The position numbers were made by a program, and so were the translations under genes. DNA of 63,979 nt, filler included, from Choristocarpus tenellus KU-1152 (Eukaryota; Protista; Phaeophyceae): assembly GCA_964200185.2 (NCBI GenBank). It is 10 parts of 10 records of this genome, joined end to end, with 100 filler letters (N's around TTAATTAATTAA, not from the genome) between each part and the next. Parts side by side here need not be neighbours in the genome. Positions count along the whole stretch, not along the records: positions 1 to 10,873 come from CAXNAD020002658.1; positions 10,974 to 17,508 come from CAXNAD020007917.1; 8 more parts are not named here. One strand, written 5' to 3'. Positions 1 through 14,200 of this stretch are shown piece after piece (the first letter of the stretch is position 1; each line of letters opens with the position of its first letter). The notes under the pieces are model-generated. The model did not search any database. It was not told the origin of the DNA and worked only from the letters and a program-made list of their open reading frames with translations.

Positions 1-61
1 GCGACATGAAAAAATTGACCCCAAATGGACAGCCGCTACCCCCTCCCAGATACTTTGACCC
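1..61 (+). mobile_element. MITE family A, 3' part (window edge)
   Basis: CCAAATGGACAGCCGC...CCCAGATACTTTGACCC, matching the other A copies. Confidence 0.85.
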
Positions 62-119
62 ATCTTAATGAGGGTAGTTTGTAAGGTCCCCTCAAACCAC
101 CCGCTCTTACTTCAAGCAG

Positions 120-3100
120 ATGTTACCTTCGACATGCAAGAACAAATGTCATATGAATATCAGATTCTTCAAGATAGGTCACCTTCAGGGTATACCTTCT
201 TTGGAAGATGGCTCTCACATATGTAGTGTATTAATATGATTCAGTCTCCAAAAAATGGATCCTGTATGTTCTCCTTCCTCTTGTAACCATTCACCAAGTA
301 GGACGTCAATCTCGCCCTTCTTCCGATTTGTTTGGTCTCTGACGCTAGTGCATGGGAGTGCACTGGGGAGATCCCCTCTCTTCGGGAGATATTCCCTATC
401 TTCGGAGACACCACTAACCCTAACTTCATACTTCAGGGTTATTATTCAAATACAGGTTAGGGTTAGGGTTAGGTTAGGGTTAGGTTAGGGTCAGGACCCG
501 AGTTGGATTCTCAAAAAGAGTGTGAAAAGTCTTCCCCTGTCTGCAGAACACAGGGGATCTCCCCTGTGCACCGCAACATCCTTTGCACTCTTGTGTTGAA
601 GGTGGTCATTGAACCTAAAAGTGAAGAAGTGGTCAATTGCAACGAGAAGCCCATCCCGTTGGTTACTCTCTTAAAAAGCGCTCCCTAAAGTTGGATGGGC
701 ATGTAAAGCTTTGTGGGGATAACGTCAGAAGAGAGGCATTCACAGAGCACGCATCACACTGAGGCGAAATGTTGGTGTACATGGGATGGAAGTACCTCTC
801 GCTGATATGGTACGTCTGTCGTATATGTTGCATTGCCCTTCACAAATCTCAGTGGGTAGTGATATCCTACTAGCGTAATGGCTATAAATCATGTGAAGTA
901 GGCGGGAGAGGACATGAGTATTACTTTAATAGTTCCAAAACTACGGTGCATGTTGAATTCCTCTCATGGAGCAATTGTTGCTATGCGCCTTACTCTTGGG
1001 TTGAGACTGCAGAGTGGAAGAGATAGGCATATACGCTAAGGAATGTATTTTGTCGATACTCTTTACAATCCTTCCCTCCTCTGTTGCGAAATCCCTGTAT
1101 GATCACCTGCGGCAAGATGTGCTCGACCATGATCCGAGGAATCCCATACGGTAGGTACCGTGTACGCTGGGCTGTTTTGTCCTGCACATAGTTCCTCTCC
1201 ACACAATTGGATAAGATGGAAGAGGATGACGTCCTCCTTTCAAAGTCCTTCAACGCTATTGTTGCCATCCACTTCCTCTTAGCCCTTGTGCAAAATACTC
1301 TAGAATATGATACATGTAAGGTTTTTCTCTATCGCGTGTGTCATTCTTGAGGGTTCTTGGTGGTTTGCTAAAACATCGTAACCCATACCCATAGGACAGT
1401 ATGAACCATTAGTGCTTCCCATCTCAAAGTATAATCCCCGGTAGTCCTCTGGGTTGCTTGATTATCCTAGCAGATCTGCGCTAACCACGACCAGCAGAAG
1501 AAGCATATGTTCCCATTGCGTACCTGTTTGCCTGTGTTGCCCGTGATATCGAATTGCATCCACTATCAAAAATCTCTTTGGGAACCCCATGCAGGACCTC
1601 ATCGTTATCGTCATCATCCCCGTTGTCAGTCATGGAGATTGTGTCTTTCTCCCCCACAAAGTCCGTAGTCCTTGCATCAATTGTCCTGAGGTCACCAGCT
1701 TGGCCTCTTGAAAAAGCCATCCATGCCAGGGTAGACATGTCTGATCATGACCAACCAAAATGCTGCGCTTGGCATATGGGTTGAACTTGAAAGCTCTTCC
1801 CTTCATTGGCTTGGCTTGATGGGCAAAGTATTCAGTCCCCACACAGTCTGCCACAGTTGAATGCCTAAGCCGTCTAACACTCACTGGACCTTTCCATCTG
1901 ATCCTGTTGTTGGCTGGTATTGATTGAAGCTTAACTGACTTCCTAAGTCCCCCTGCCATGGCTGATGGGTTTTACTCCTATGTCTTCCCAAGTCATTTCA
2001 TCAATGTAGGAGGCAGTTCCGTGTTTCCAGGTCATGTGCTCATTATTTGTCCATGCTGTTCTTGTCAACGAACATTTCAAAGTTATTTATTCCCTGCATG
2101 TCCATATGTGGAAAGGGTCCCTCCAGGTCCGCGTGTAATAATTCACTTACCTGCTTTGAGCAGCCCAGGAATCCACAGTACATACTGAAGCACCACCATC
2201 GTTGACCTTCTGTTCTTGTCTGTAGCCTACAGAGCCAAATCCACAGCTTCCTGGGCCTCCATTTTTCCATTGTTTGGAAAGGTGCATATTCACTTTGTTC
2301 CCAAATTGTAGTGAATTGATTGTGGATCAGAGTGTATAGTTACTCTGCCATTTCATCATGCCTTCTCGTGGAGGATACTCCCCCCCCCACCAGTTCTTGC
2401 TGAGGGCCGAAGTGAGGCCCAAGCTGCTGAAGTTCTTCGGTAGGTGTCAGCAATGGTACCAAATTCATCAAGACTCGTGGCGTACTTATGTCACTATTGG
2501 GTAGAGTTGGTGGTGGGGATCATCCCGCTGCCCAGGCCGCTGTGCCCAGCACACAGCCTCTGCCTGACAATGTTCCAACCAAAGTTGGATCTGTCAAACC
2601 CGTTGTGGACTAAGATCTTGGCTTCTGAGGTAGCTCTGACACTCCAGAAGTCAGGTTCTTCTGAAAGTTCAGGGTCTGGTGGACCTATTGTTCACCGCAA
2701 AGTGTGGTCAGAGGTTGGACCAAACACCAAAATTGTACAACCAGGACTGAAGGAGGCGCATTGTGGTACATTGTACATTTACTGGCTTGTTGTGTCGACA
2801 GGTCAGAGTCCAAACCACCAGAAGTGCTACAGGGAGCTTCTCGCTGTGCCTGCATTGACAGCCCCAAGGCCAATAATCCAGGAGCTCCTTCAAGGAACTC
2901 CTTGCCAATGGATTCATTAGAAATAACATTTGGATGGACAAGAAACTGTACTATGCAATCACCGTTGCCCTTGTTGCCCCTGCTACTAAGGGCTTGTACT
3001 ATATGCACCAAACAAATCCTGATTGAGGTCTTAAGGGCCGGGTATGACTGGCCCATGCCTAGCACAGTGGGCGACAGTCAGTACACATGATGCATCTGAC

Positions 3101-4800
3101 CTGCAATCATCTACCTTAAAACCCTGGACATAGCTTTGGTAGATCCTCTCTTGTCCAACAGTGGGCTAGGCCGCACATGGAAGTAAAGGGAGTTTATATA
3201 TGCTCCGACCTTACCATTATGTAATAGTGTCCCCTCTCCTGCTTAGACATGTGACCCTCCATGTCTGATGGCCAGTAATAAGCACCTTGGAAATGCTTCT
3301 TGTTCCACCTATACGGCCTTGCAGTGAGTCAGACAATACATGACTGCACAGGGGGGTTGAATGAATATATACACCTAGAGAGTATGCCGCAGCTTCCTCT
3401 CCCTTGATCAGGCTTGTGAAACTCCACTCCCCTAGTCATGCCAGTCTTGTGCAGGCAACCCTTGCTGACCACCTGCCTCACCAGGATGCCTTCAAGAATC
3501 ATCAAGGTCTACCATTGCAGCAGCAAGCACCTTGTAAATAGCAATACCATCCCCTACCAGGGTCGGTTGCTTGGCTCCTTCCCTGGGAGGAAGTTGGAGG
3601 ATTAGCTTTAGCCCTTTCTTAGGTGATCGGAGAGACATCTTAGCCTGCCATGATCACAAGCACCTCAGGAATGGCAAAGTCTTCACCTCCAAAGGTTGCC
3701 CTCTCCACTCCTCCCTCATGAGTTGGAGGCTTGACCTGGCCCTTTCACAGCGAGTGGGAGGCTGTGGAGGTATGCTATTATGGCAAGCACCTCGGATGTA
3801 GCTGGTCCTCCTCCCTCAGGTGGAGGCTTGACAGCTGCTCCCCCCAATGTCCTCCGTTAGGAGGCAAGTATGGTGGTTGTTTTTCTGCATGAGTGCTGAT
3901 CAAGTCTTCTTGGCGAGGTGTTAACTGGACGGTGCCTGAATCACAGAGGTTTTGATTTCTTGTCACACAAGGTGCTGACCATCACATTCTCAACCTAATA
4001 CTCTTCGTCTGCTGTCACCTTGAACTAGAGAAGGGGCACGTCTAATCCCTGTTGCTCCTCTACCCTTGTTGCTGTCCATCTTGACTGGGTGTTGGTCATA
4101 TTGTAGATAGTGGAGGGAACCGTTGGGCAGGAGCCATCCCTCATTGTGCTCTGCAGGTAGATTGCCAGCCAAAATGAAGACTCGGCTGCCAATGATCCTT
4201 TTTCAGCAGTATGCATATTGATTACGCATGGACCATTTCCGATCACCCCCCTGTAGTTGCTCTTATTTCTATCGCTTGTGGTATTGTGTGGAGGGACTAC
4301 CTCACCCTTACCATTTTCTTGATAGGTGGTGAAGGAGATGATTGCGTGCCTCACCTCCTTGTACCTGATATCAGCTTGCGCTATCAATTATCCAAATACA
4401 TGTGGCATAGAGAATTGATGTCACCTTCATGTTGTCAGGCGTGCAATCCTTCAATACTTAAAACTCGGCAAAGAATCACTTTAATCTTACAACGAAATCA
4501 ATTCTGTCTTAGGATGCTGAACATAATTCTCTTAAGATATCCTTCCAGTGTTATCAGCCAGTAGTCCAAAGATCTCATCCTCCATGTGTCCTTCATTGAC
4601 ACACTGACAAGTGTCCTTCAGCACTGCCATGATGCACCCAAATGTATCTGTTGGGGAGATATGTAGTAGTCCACCTATTCTTTAGGTCCAAACACATTAA
4701 CGAGGGATCTACATTCTCCTGCCCTCCGTCCTACTTTAGACCTCAAGTTCAGCAGCTTCCGCACCCAGCTGGTTAATGAGTCCTACTTAGGAGAACGGTA
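120..4800 (-). mobile_element. Decayed Ty1/Copia LTR retrotransposon (gag-PR-INT-RT-RH remnants)
   Basis: Frameshifted motifs in Copia order on the minus strand: integrase RTGGGEY (~2375-2400) and KFNPYAKRSILVGHD (~1745-1790), RT-like region ~700-1450, RNaseH-like region ~150-700. Many stops; no LTR pair recognised. Confidence 0.55.
358..571. mobile_element. TIR element family E carrying an internal telomere-like array (copy 1)
   Basis: Inverted repeats GTGCACTGGGGAGATCCCCT (358-377) / AGGGGATCTCCCCTGTGCAC (552-571), 19/20 match. Internal TTAGGG/TTAGG array at 455-490. Confidence 0.7.
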
Positions 4801-5809
4801 CAAGGTTAGATCTTGGTGTTGCAGGAGAGGTGCATGGTTCAGTACGTATTCTCCTGTCCTTGATGGCAATAGCTTTTTTGTGTGAAAACTCAACTCTGCG
4901 TTTTTTTTGGCATATCGAATGAACATCGTCTAAAGAGGAATAATTTCTGTTTCAGAACTGAAAGAGATCTTTAATACAAACTTCACGAAGTCCCAAGTTT
5001 CCTGGCCTTGAGCTGTGACAATGGCACATGTACTGAGACGATCACTACCAATTAGAATATTGAGCGAAAATGTGTTAGTAGTCAATATCTGGAGTACCTA
5101 CCATACATGCAAGACACCAAACGACACAGAGGGATTGTATCACAAACCAAGCAGTCCATAACCCTCATTTCCCCCCTGCTCAAACCTCTATCTTGAGAGC
5201 CTGACGAAATATGAACAGCAATGACACATTCACGGCCAACAATCATTTCTCAACCTACCAGTACATTATTTGCCCCTCCTACTCTTCCTGCTTTGATCAA
5301 TTGACAAGAGTGCCACAAAGCAGTCCCCCTTTATTAAACACACAACAGATGAAACTCACAATGAATGAACATGTCCCCCCCCACTATTTCTCTCCCCACC
5401 GAATCTAGTCTACTAGACTTATCAAAAACAAGCACCTGGGCAAACCGTACATGAGTCCTAGTTCTGACGATATCCCACACAGATATACACACCACCTCCA
5501 CACGAACAACCAACAGCAATCCCTTCTCCACAACGATCACTGTAGACTGCAAACCAAAGAGCGGAAATTAAAGCTATGATACACCTACACCCAAAGAGGA
5601 CAGAGTAAAGAAATCATAGACGGGCATGTGACCTCATACCAACCAACAACCTGTACATGTACACATGATTAACTCTCCCCTCTTTTTCTATGCTGGGCAA
5701 GCCGGGTTTTCAACACTGAAACCAATGGAAGGTGGTCCAGAGTTGGGGCATCAAAACACATCAGGGATAAACCATGATAGGTCGTTGCTTTGGAGACAAA
5801 TCAGAAGCC

Positions 5810-7519
5810 TTACTCTAGCTCTGTAAGCTTGGCCAACAGTTCGTCTGCCATTGCACGGGCATCCCCCAGCAACATCTCTGTATTTTCCTGTGTAGTACAT
5901 GCACAGTGGGTATGGGCCGAGATGGATGTGGAGGTAAGGGTGGGGCAGAATGGAGAATGCAACCAGGGCAGGGGAGGTAAGGAGTACGAGTGTAGGCATG
6001 GGCACTATGGCACTCTTGCCTCGCTCCTCACGCATTGCAGTTTGATATTTGTGAGAGTCAAGTACCACACACTAACAGCACTTCACCACAACACCAGCCA
6101 CAACTATCCAAACTAAATTGGCAACGGTACGAAGGTGCTCTGTTGCACACACATTCACCCCTCTGGAAAGCAGTTTGTCCACCCTACTTCTCTGTGTTTT
6201 CCATATCCAAAGACTACCACCCTACATGCACAGCAGAATGCTATCAATATTAAAAAATGCGTACATAAATTTTCTCGTCCAACATCAACCTTGGGCTCCA
6301 CTAGAGGCAGTCAAAGAAACAATCCTGGAGGAGTTCATATCCAAATATAGTTTTGCACCAGTGGTAAGAATCCTCCGCACTGTTGACATGCTATGTCTTA
6401 ACCCTGGACTAAACTTCACATCTCTCATTGGGCTTCAAACTTGCCACCACTATACAAGAGCTCCACATATAATACCCTGTGTACTAGCTTTGAAACTATA
6501 TACCATTAAATCCACAGTAGGTAAAATACTGAATACTGAATGTAGTCCTTGAGGATCATCTATTGCAGATACTCTCATCACAAAAACAGAAGAAAAGTCT
6601 AACAATGTACACTGTTGTGACAGGGGCATCCAGACTGCATATGGAGTGCCAAATGTCAAAGTGTAAATGTGCAAACACAAGATACATTGAGATCTAGGCT
6701 TGAAAGTTCATGTTAATCTGCCATGATGATGACAGAATACTTGAAAATTTTCCTAGAGACACGTAATCCAAGAGTAAGACGTCAAGTACATTGCCAGAAA
6801 AGTTGTTCGTATGAATTTCAGCTTCACACAAAAACATCTCTAGTCAATTGCAATAGCTTGTCCAGATAATCTGGATAATTACAAAAAAGTATTCCTGTGC
6901 TGCAGTGTGTAACTTGTCCACTTACACACCGAGAGGATCTAGAAATTTCCACTATTTTTACACTAACATGTACACAATTGGAGCAAGAGTATCATCCAAT
7001 ATGTATTACCTAAGGGAGCATAAAAAAAATCGTTAATGCAGTGAAATGGTAGATTGAGTACATTGAGTCAAAGTAAACGAAAGGTACCCAGAGTTGCATC
7101 TAATTAATGGAGATGCTAACATATGTGCAAAACTCAGCTTTTTTTTTACAAAATGCGTGTAAGATATTTCCTCACTCTCTGTCGAAAATTTTCAACAAAT
7201 AGAGAAACCAACACTCTCAAGCCAAACTTACCACTTCATCCACAAAAATATAGGTGAATTGCAAAGTATTGAGAAACTGGCATAAAATGCAAAACCAAAC
7301 GCTTGCTTCTTCTCATATGCCTACCACACCACAAGTCGTACAGTGAAACAAATCAACATCTGAATATAATCTGTCCAACAACACACAAAAACGAATCTAT
7401 TTATCTCTTCATGCTGTGCATCCCACAGGTCTCACCTTATAGAACACTGGGTTGTCAAGTCCAGCGTAGCCTGTAGCCATAGACCTCTTGATTACCACAC
7501 AGTCCTTAGCATCCCAAAC
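5810..7519 (-). CDS. NNT: NAD(P) transhydrogenase, C-terminal NADP(H)-binding domain III (last two exons; upstream exons not identified)
   Basis: Exons 7519-7436 ([28 protein letters not shown]) and 5887-5810 ([25 protein letters not shown]), joined by a phase-0 GT-AG intron. Matches the KRS..GYAG.DNP.FY..NT.ML.GDA signature of PntB/NNT dIII. Confidence 0.93.
6130..7000 (-). mobile_element. Decayed Copia RT fragment inside the NNT intron
   Basis: Degenerate motifs LAMY..(YVDD-like, ~6790), ICGALV (VGSLLY-like, ~6455) and VRRIL (~6370), in the expected order. Confidence 0.4.
7061..7313 (+). repeat. Interspersed repeat family C (copy 1)
   Basis: Collinear similarity with 42866-43110 (e.g. TACCCAGAGTTGCAT, CTCTCAAG.CAAACTTACCACTTCATCCA). 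Confidence 0.75.
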
Positions 7520-7689
7520 CTGGAGTTCAAAAACATATAGAATAAATGGCAGAACTTGATCAATTACAAGAGTCTCCGCATCACATACTCCATCAACCTT
7601 CACCACTTTTCAATTCCTGGTATATCCCTCACCACCAAAGACACTTGTGCAATGGTGGCTTGTGCAATAGATTTGTACCCAAGACACAC

Positions 7690-9500
7690 AGGTAATACGT
7701 GTGGTACCCCCCACATGCAGTAGATAGTAAGCATTGTACTCATAGAATGTCAGGTGGGCATCTATCTGAGACCTCCCAACAAATTAGTTTTGCACAACAG
7801 AATTATAAACTGTTGATAGTTCATGAGGAGATACTCGACCAATCCCCTCATGTGTCCACTATTTCCTTCAGTATTTGGACTTGAGCAGTATTTACACAAC
7901 GAAACAAACTGGGACTATGCCCGGATATCAGTTCACTCCACATGATAGCCAGCACTTTGCAAAGCATACTACTGCTTCTAGTTGTGCAAATAGTAGCTAT
8001 GGGGAAGAATCAGATATTGGTGCTAATGGCAGGTCCCAGTGCTGTGCCTCATGGGGACCTCACTCATGAAGGGCTACAGCAAAGCTCTCCTATTATCTAA
8101 GGCTTCATATCGATTGGGTGAAAGAAGTTGACCTTTAAGGATGGGTGAGGAGAAAGAGAATTGCTGATGCCGTGCCCTGGTGTGAAAACAGGAGGGCGCG
8201 TATTATTTTGAATGCGTTATTAGAGTTTAAGTTGGGTGACAAGTGGACTGACTGCACACAATAATGTCCATCACTTCCCTTCTCAAAAAAACAAATCTTT
8301 TCAAGGTCGCACTGCACCAAAAGAGGAACTTGCAGCCTGGGCGAAGTACTATGTGCCCAGTAGGTGAAGAGGGAAGACATCAACATGCAAGCACATCTTT
8401 CGAGACTTAGAATGGAGCACAGATCAGAACCAGGTAAGCATTGGGAACAACCTGGACCCTGGGGTTGGGATACTCACAACAGATGGTATGTGCAAAGTCG
8501 CCAAGTGAAAGAGTTGTGTCAATGGTAGAGGAGACATATCTAACGTAGGGTGACTCTCTGACAACAGCAAAATGCAACAGCTGTACTTCAGACATGGGGG
8601 CAAGACAAACTTACAACCATCTGTGGGGACAACGGCGGTTGGAGTTAGAGAGGATCTGCAAATAATTGACAAGAGGAAGGTAGTAGTTCCATGTACTCTT
8701 GATGGAAGAGTGCGTAAGTGTCACGCTTATCTTGTGTTTCTCATGACAGAGATCAGTGAGAACTTGTTCTGAACAGGCAAATTTTAAGCACAATCCTGGT
8801 AACACGAGCATCATCATTTAGGGAGGACAAGCTGTTGCTTGGAGATGCCAGCGGAGAGCAGGGGTTGGTTGTCACTGAGGCCAGTGGGAACCAAGGCCTT
8901 TTGTCCATGAGCTCATGCAGGCAGGTAGGAGTACCATCTAGGACTCTTGTGAGGGGTATAGGAGGTGTTAATAGGTGGCGAAGAACCAGGTATAACAGCT
9001 GCCATCAAGCCAGTTGTGTGTATGACCTCGAATGCGCTGGACACAATGATATCAATGGACTTCATTGATGAAAATATTGTTTCTACAAAGGGACGTTTCA
9101 TCAGCATCATTTTATCGGTCATATCCATTATCTCCTACAAGTTTGCAGGAAATATCTTTTAAAAGTTTTTTAACTGGCGAGCGGTCAATGATAACAATGA
9201 AAACTGCTGGAAACAAGAAGGTCCTCCTCATAGGGGATAGATATCATACACTGAAGTTTCAAAAAAACATCAGAAGAAATAGTAACACCCACTTGGAGGT
9301 CAGTCGGTTCGTAGACCTTTGGAATATGAGGATTCGAAAATGAAAAGGATGGAGCCAAGACTGATAGGTTAGTTCTTGCACTGGGAACTTGGGGTTCAGA
9401 AAGGGTGGAAGGCAGTAATCTCAAGAGTGGAACCAGAGGTCCGGGGATGGGAAAGTCTCAACATTCTATTTGGCTTTGAGATCGAAGTGTTAAGCTAATG
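7690..9500 (-). mobile_element. Decayed Penelope-like retroelement (RT + GIY-YIG remnant)
   Basis: Ordered degenerate motifs TDK..VLM (PADKG-like, ~9110), Y.L.K..P.(R)P (~8950), TLDMSPL (TLDVSSLYT-like, ~8535), HVD..LF..W.H (~8370) and C..L.VG.S...F.E (GIY-YIG-like, ~7740-7800). Confidence 0.45.
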
Positions 9501-10873
9501 CCTGTCGAGTAGTCCCCAGATCTCCAATGACATTCTAAAATGATGAGGAGATTGGACGATTGAATATAACTGAGATGAAGGAGCTCAGTACATGGATGCG
9601 TATGCAGATAGTAACGATGAGGTCTCTATGATAGACAACACAACCAGGACAAGTAGATCTTGGAATCAGATTGGATACACCACTTTTTGTGTCCACAATG
9701 GTGGGAGTGAGGGACTTCATGGGAGAGACAGTGGGGGGTGAGATCGGGTATGCCTTGCCGAGGGAACTCCTAGTTACCAGCTACCACTGGAGCCTGTGCT
9801 GTGACAAAAGCTCTCATACTACCAAGAGCATTGCTTAAGAAAAGAAATTGGAATCATAAGTTGAGGGAGTCATGGGCAGCAGGACTTCAAGAAGACAACA
9901 CAGCGACAAGAGGAATGGTTGATAGGGGTTACCACCTCTGTCATCTTATCTTCCTCTTCTCTTCTTGAAGAACACTCCTATCAGCACTTTCCCCACTGTG
10001 CAGGCCTGCAGTGGTAGTTGGCAAGCAGGACCTCAACTCATCCTCACTCTCTCTCTCCGATAACACGCCTGAATCCCATTGTCATGATAAGGTTATGACC
10101 ACATTCTGATCCCAATGTTCACCAATACTCACACATCACCAATTCAGAATGCTGCATTAAAAGCAAAGATAAAGGCCATAATAAACTGTACTAGAGAACA
10201 CATTTGTCACCCCATCCAGCAAACAAACCCCACTGCAATGTGAGAAACCACCTCATACACTAATCCCCAACATGTTAGATAGGCTTGGTCAAGAGTCCAA
10301 CCTCCTTCTTGGAGAATAAATACCAAGACATGTCACACACCAAACACTCAACATATACCAGTGTCCAATGACCCCAAAAGCAAAGAGTACACAGAATCTT
10401 AGGAGTCACTAGTTGGTCCTAACCAATAGTCACAAAAACCCGACACACCCACCTCCCACAGGATTCTCACAGTTCTTGCCTCAAACATTGACAACAACCA
10501 CACTCAACCCTGAGGGTGAAGCACACAGTATTGATAAAAAAAAGTTCAGGATTCTCACAGTCCGAAGAGCTACCCGGTCCAGCCTAAACAACCTAAACAA
10601 ATATCAACAACCTCCCTTCCATTTTTTTTTGTTTCCCTAACAGCAGAGGTTCTAAAGGAGGAGAAGAAACAAGAAACAGTAACTTCAAACAGGGACAGCG
10701 GTATCAAACTTTGCATTGACACATGAAGCATACACACTCTGCACATTAGCAAAACATACCCTTAAACTCTATTTCTCAAGTCGATTGAAAGCTCTGCTGA
10801 GGGTGGTAATGGCAGTCGCAGGTGAGCTAGGTTTGAGGTTAAGGGGGAGGGGGGGGGGGTAAGAGGGGACATT

Positions 10874-10973
10874 NNNNNNNNNNNNNNNNNNNNNNNNNNN
10901 NNNNNNNNNNNNNNNNNTTAATTAATTAANNNNNNNNNNNNNNNNNNNNNNNNNNNNNNNNNNNNNNNNNNNN
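10874..10973. other. Artificial contig spacer (44N-TTAATTAATTAA-44N); identical spacers at 17509-17608, 23243-23342, 28083-28182, 31801-31900, 38275-38374, 41983-42082, 53196-53295, 59913-60012
   Basis: Identical 100-bp length and a palindromic six-frame-stop core in all nine. Confidence 0.98.
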
Positions 10974-11208
10974 GCATACACTCTCCGCTCGTTCGCTCCA
11001 CCTTGCCTGATCCTGTGTGACAGATGCCTTGAAGGGGCATATTGTGCACCTTCCACTGTAATGCAAAGATCGTGTTGGGCAAAAGTCTGTTGACTTGCTA
11101 GTTGCATGAGCACTTATTATTACAGGAGCAATAAATAACATAGGCGTGGCCCTATAATAGTATAATCTATACTCACCACAAAGGTGTGAGCATTTTATGC
11201 ACTGGCAG

Positions 11209-14200
11209 ATCCCCACAACACCTTTCTGGGTAGATCTACCGGCTCTAGACTCACAGAATACAGTGTGGCACGGACCATTGATTGATGGGATTGATAGTAG
11301 AGCAACCAACTCCACAAAAGGAGGTATTTCTGCACCTCAGACCACACGTTGGATCATAGCAAACCAAAATGATACACTTTCAAATTCACTGACAGAGATA
11401 CAGTACCATGCTCCATGGTATATTATGTAATTGTATCTATGTTGGGACTAGGGAGCCTATACTATATTTCTTTGACCATACCTTGCCCCGAACTGGTCCA
11501 AGGTGCTAGTCCAACTTCTTGCACTAATGTTTCCTCACCAAGTACAACCAGTACTACATAGCAATGAATTTTTGCACTTTGAACAATTACACCTCTCCAC
11601 ACGTGCTTTGCATTTTTCTCTCAGTTTCATTCCGCCATCATCCCACAAATCGTCACTGCACCTCCTCCCTAGAATCTTGTTTACAGTACTTGACACAGGT
11701 TGCTGTAAGATCTTCCCACAGTACACACACACACAACGACAACTACAACTATACACAGGAGGGTAAAGGCTCAAAGTATCTGGGGGGTGGCGGCTGTTCA
11801 TTTGGAACCAATTTTTCAATGTCACGATTTTTGGATGATTTGGTTGCATATGTCGGATGGATAATGCAAGTGCACCTTTCCCGGTTATGGCCAAAATGGA
11901 CATCCTGGTGTAGACCCCCTCCCCCCCCCTCTAGATGCTTTGGGCCAAAGACAGGTAACCGTTCCGTTGTTGTGCTTGCCTTGTGGTGTGCACATGAACA
12001 TATCAAGTTTGCCTGATATCAGACTGATGTGACCTCGACTCTGGTCCCTACATGATATTTTCTCCACACTCTGTAATAGTACCTCACTCGAATTGTATCT
12101 GGACTGTCATTGTAAGGTAAGAGGACACTCCTATCATCTTTGGCTGTTTGATTGGATTGACGTGGTTGACTGATAGATTGATGGATGGGGGTCCTAGGCT
12201 GGACGCCAGACCCATCAATTCAAGGCTCCGCTATGGGTAGTGTTCCTAGTGCTCTGTGGCTGTATAGTGTCTTTTTGTGGCGATGTTTTGATCTCCCCTG
12301 TATGCCAGTCCTGCATGAAGTTTGTATTGATCTATCCTCCACAAGCCTGTCACACCGAATTTTCTTACCTTGTGTGTAAGCCCCACCTCTCAGCCGGAAT
12401 GTTGATACCCTCAAGGTAGTTATGTTAAACGCATGATCACCGCCCATATCTTCTCTGTTCCTCCTCCCTCTTATCTTCCCCTTCAGTTCCTTAGGTAGTT
12501 GCAATTCTTCAAAAGATCAAGCTGCTGAGAAATCGAGAATCTTCTACACGTGCCACGAAAGGAGTACAAAGGATTCTCCGTTTGCCTGCAGTCGTCTTGA
12601 TGTTCTCGTGCCCATCAGTTCTCACTACTATTTAGAGCTCTATAAATACTACACCCTCTTAGTGCGAAAGATTATCTGTATTTTTTATTGCATTGTAGAG
12701 AGGGTAAAGTTTTCCGTTTACAGAATCCAATGGAGCGATGAATGAACTTCCAGTGCGGATATATGAAGCTGTGTGTGGAGATGTCCACGCCGTATGACTA
12801 CGAAGGAGAACTCCGATGGAGCACTACGGCCTTTGAGCATCTGAATCTGCAACTGAATTGATGGAAGGTGAGTAAATTGGTTAGTGGTATATGCACCACT
12901 GGATGTGACTTTAGTACCTTAGACATCCGACAACAAATGCCTTTCGAAGGTGAACGGAAGAAATACCACACAAATTCATCACCACGAGGACAAATTACAG
13001 TTGGACATCATCAATAGGATGATATGCATACAGTTGCAGTATGTCATCTCCAATGTCGTACTGTACCCACAGAACTGCCATCGTAAAGTTTTAGTATCTG
13101 AGTATGTACAGTGTTGTAGTAGTTTTTGAGATTCCATTGTGTACCTGACCATCCAACAAGTTGCATAGACGCATTTCTATTTGCTTACGACAATACCCAA
13201 TGATACTCGTAGTTGACCTTAGATGTAGCCATTAGGATATTTTTTGTCGGATCAGTCGGTTAAACGTTAGCCCAAATATCTTACTATCCAATTCCAGGGT
13301 GGTAGACAGTGCTGCAGGACCACATCACATCGCAAACAAGCACCTATTGAGGAAAGGAGACCATTGTGGAAAGGCTGATTACTCAAGTAGAGTCATGGAT
13401 ATCGAAGGACGAGTCAACAATAGACGTGTCTCGTACTGTACGTTCCATGCGATGTGTGCCCAGGAGGATCTCGTGTTTTCTGGGGTGACCGGAGGGACCG
13501 GAAGCGTGCATCGCTTGAACAAAGGCAATGAGAAGGTGAGAACGGATCCTGGAGAAGCATCTCGAGCATGATAGAACGGCTGACAAACAACCTACAATAC
13601 CAGTATGATGATGGGGCGCTCATCTGTGGGTATCCTTTCGTGTTCTTTGTGCTTGCACACAGGTTGTCAAGCAGTACGCCGACAGCTCCATGGACCCTCG
13701 GCGTGAGGTGGAAATGCTGATGGAGGTGGAGCACTTGGGTGTAGCACCGAGGGTTCACCACTGGACCGAGGGGGATCGTTTGATCCCAGGCGCCATCATG
13801 ATGGATGACGGTGGGATGTAAGTGAGGTTTTGGTTGGGTAAGCTTAGGGTCGTATCCGCACCGTAGTGTGCGCAGTGTTCGACCTCGTGAGTAGTGTGGG
13901 TATTGACGTGTCTAAACAATTTTTTGTGGGTGAACTACTGGCAGGCGCGCACTCGTGGTGTTGTTGATCGATACGGCGTTTCATTCCTGACGTCGATTTT
14001 TGCGCACTAGTTACGAGGTCCAGCCTTGTGTGGATACCCCGTACAATAGCCGACTGATGAGTGTGGTATATCCAATATCCAATGAGCTCATTCTCCCATC
14101 TCGATTCCACCTTCATCTTGGATATAATTAGGTAGGACATTTGAAGATGGTGTGTAGGATTCAACAGGTACATCCCCTATGTCAATTGAATCCAGTCAGT

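Noticed and set aside
455-490. True chromosome end
   Set aside because: All TTAGGG tracts are short, internal and flanked by ordinary sequence on both sides.
10918-10929. Recurring palindrome TTAATTAATTAA between N runs
   Set aside because: Artificial six-frame-stop linker, identical in all nine gaps; not biological.
12724-12868. Exon-like segment (CAG...GTGAGT) inside a kinase intron
   Set aside because: Stops in all three plus-strand frames, and the flanking exons already join in phase.
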